Program-made: the position numbers and the translations under genes
Notes under the pieces: model-generated
What the model saw: the letters and a program-made list of their open reading frames with translations, nothing else
Database searches by the model: none
What the model was told of the DNA's origin: nothing
NCBI GenBank assembly: GCA_963977445.1
Contig: CAXBPH010000005.1
Span: forward strand, 72-64,071
Direction of reading: 5' to 3'
Origin: an uncultured bacterium
GTDB taxonomy: Bacteria; Hydrogenedentota; Hydrogenedentia; Hydrogenedentales; JAEUWI01
Length of the DNA stretch: 64,000 bases
Part shown: one piece after another, positions 63,869-64,000 of the stretch
How the letters are laid out: each line of letters starts with the position of its first letter
How positions within the stretch are numbered: position 1 is the stretch's first letter

Positions 63869-64000
63869 CGGAGTCGTGGTGCCGGGCTTACCGCACCACA
63901 TCACACAGCGGGACAATCGCCACCTGTGTCACCCCGCTGGGGTTCTTTTTCGGGGGGATGGTGAACCCAGGGCTCGTTTCGCTTCGCGCCTGGGCCAGGG
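63855..64000 (+). CDS. REP-associated tyrosine transposase (RAYT / IS200-like Y1) N-terminal fragment, running off the window
   Basis: This frame reads (L)SRVDGVVVPGLPHHITQRDNRHL...FRGDGEPRARFASRLGQ. PG.PHH(I/V).QRGN is, as I recall it, the conserved N-terminus of one COG1943 transposase group. There is no ATG, so TTG 63855 or GTG 63876 are the possible starts. The HUH and Tyr motifs would lie beyond the window. Confidence 0.35.
   Translation, partial: MSRVDGVVVPGLPHHITQRDNRHLCHPAGVLFRGDGEPRARFASRLGQ

Overview
GC-rich chromosomal window. The organism looks like a member of the PVC superphylum (Planctomycetota, Verrucomicrobiota or Lentisphaerota). That is an inference from a PSCyt1 / PSCyt2-PSD / DUF1501 gene triad, PEP-CTERM tails and many prepilin-type N-termini. 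I can support about 45 protein genes and found no rRNA, tRNA or CRISPR array. All family assignments come from motifs read in the translations, with no database search.

Layout, left to right:
- glyA 3' end, then a tandem array of a ~260-bp non-coding unit.
- A minus-strand operon: GldA-like ABC ATPase, GldF/GldG-like fusion, DUF4340 protein with a long Ala-Pro tail, and an HtrA protease.
- The PSCyt1-WD40 / PSCyt2-PSD / DUF1501 triad.
- Housekeeping genes: SDR, acyl-CoA dehydrogenase, MscS, Zn-ADH, pdxH, TetR, a GGDEF response regulator and a sugar isomerase.
- A 1819-aa secreted protein with TSP3-like, BACON-like, Vps62/DUF946-like and dockerin-like parts.
- A CHASE4 histidine kinase plus a sigma-54 activator.
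- Two tandem paralogous 4-gene cassettes (GspI-like, GspJ-like, enlarged GspK/PilX-like, TM+TPR-like protein).
- Two convergent PEP-CTERM genes, a SASA-type esterase, a HEAT-like gene, and the 5' end of a RAYT-like Y1 transposase at the right edge.

Best candidate for something new: the duplicated minor-pseudopilin 'tip' cassettes have no filament machinery in the window. They sit directly behind a sigma-54 two-component pair. TGGYAYG-N4-TTGC promoter motifs lie in front of cassette 1, both PEP-CTERM genes, the giant protein and possibly the ABC operon.

Second theme: the intergenic DNA is unusually rich in palindromic repeat families. These include REP/REPIN-like pairs, ~125-bp long-hairpin elements, ~180-bp units, and the 260-bp tandem array with a solo inverted half-copy 17 kb away. 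The RAYT-like gene and a truncated copy of its 5' end bracket the HEAT-like gene.
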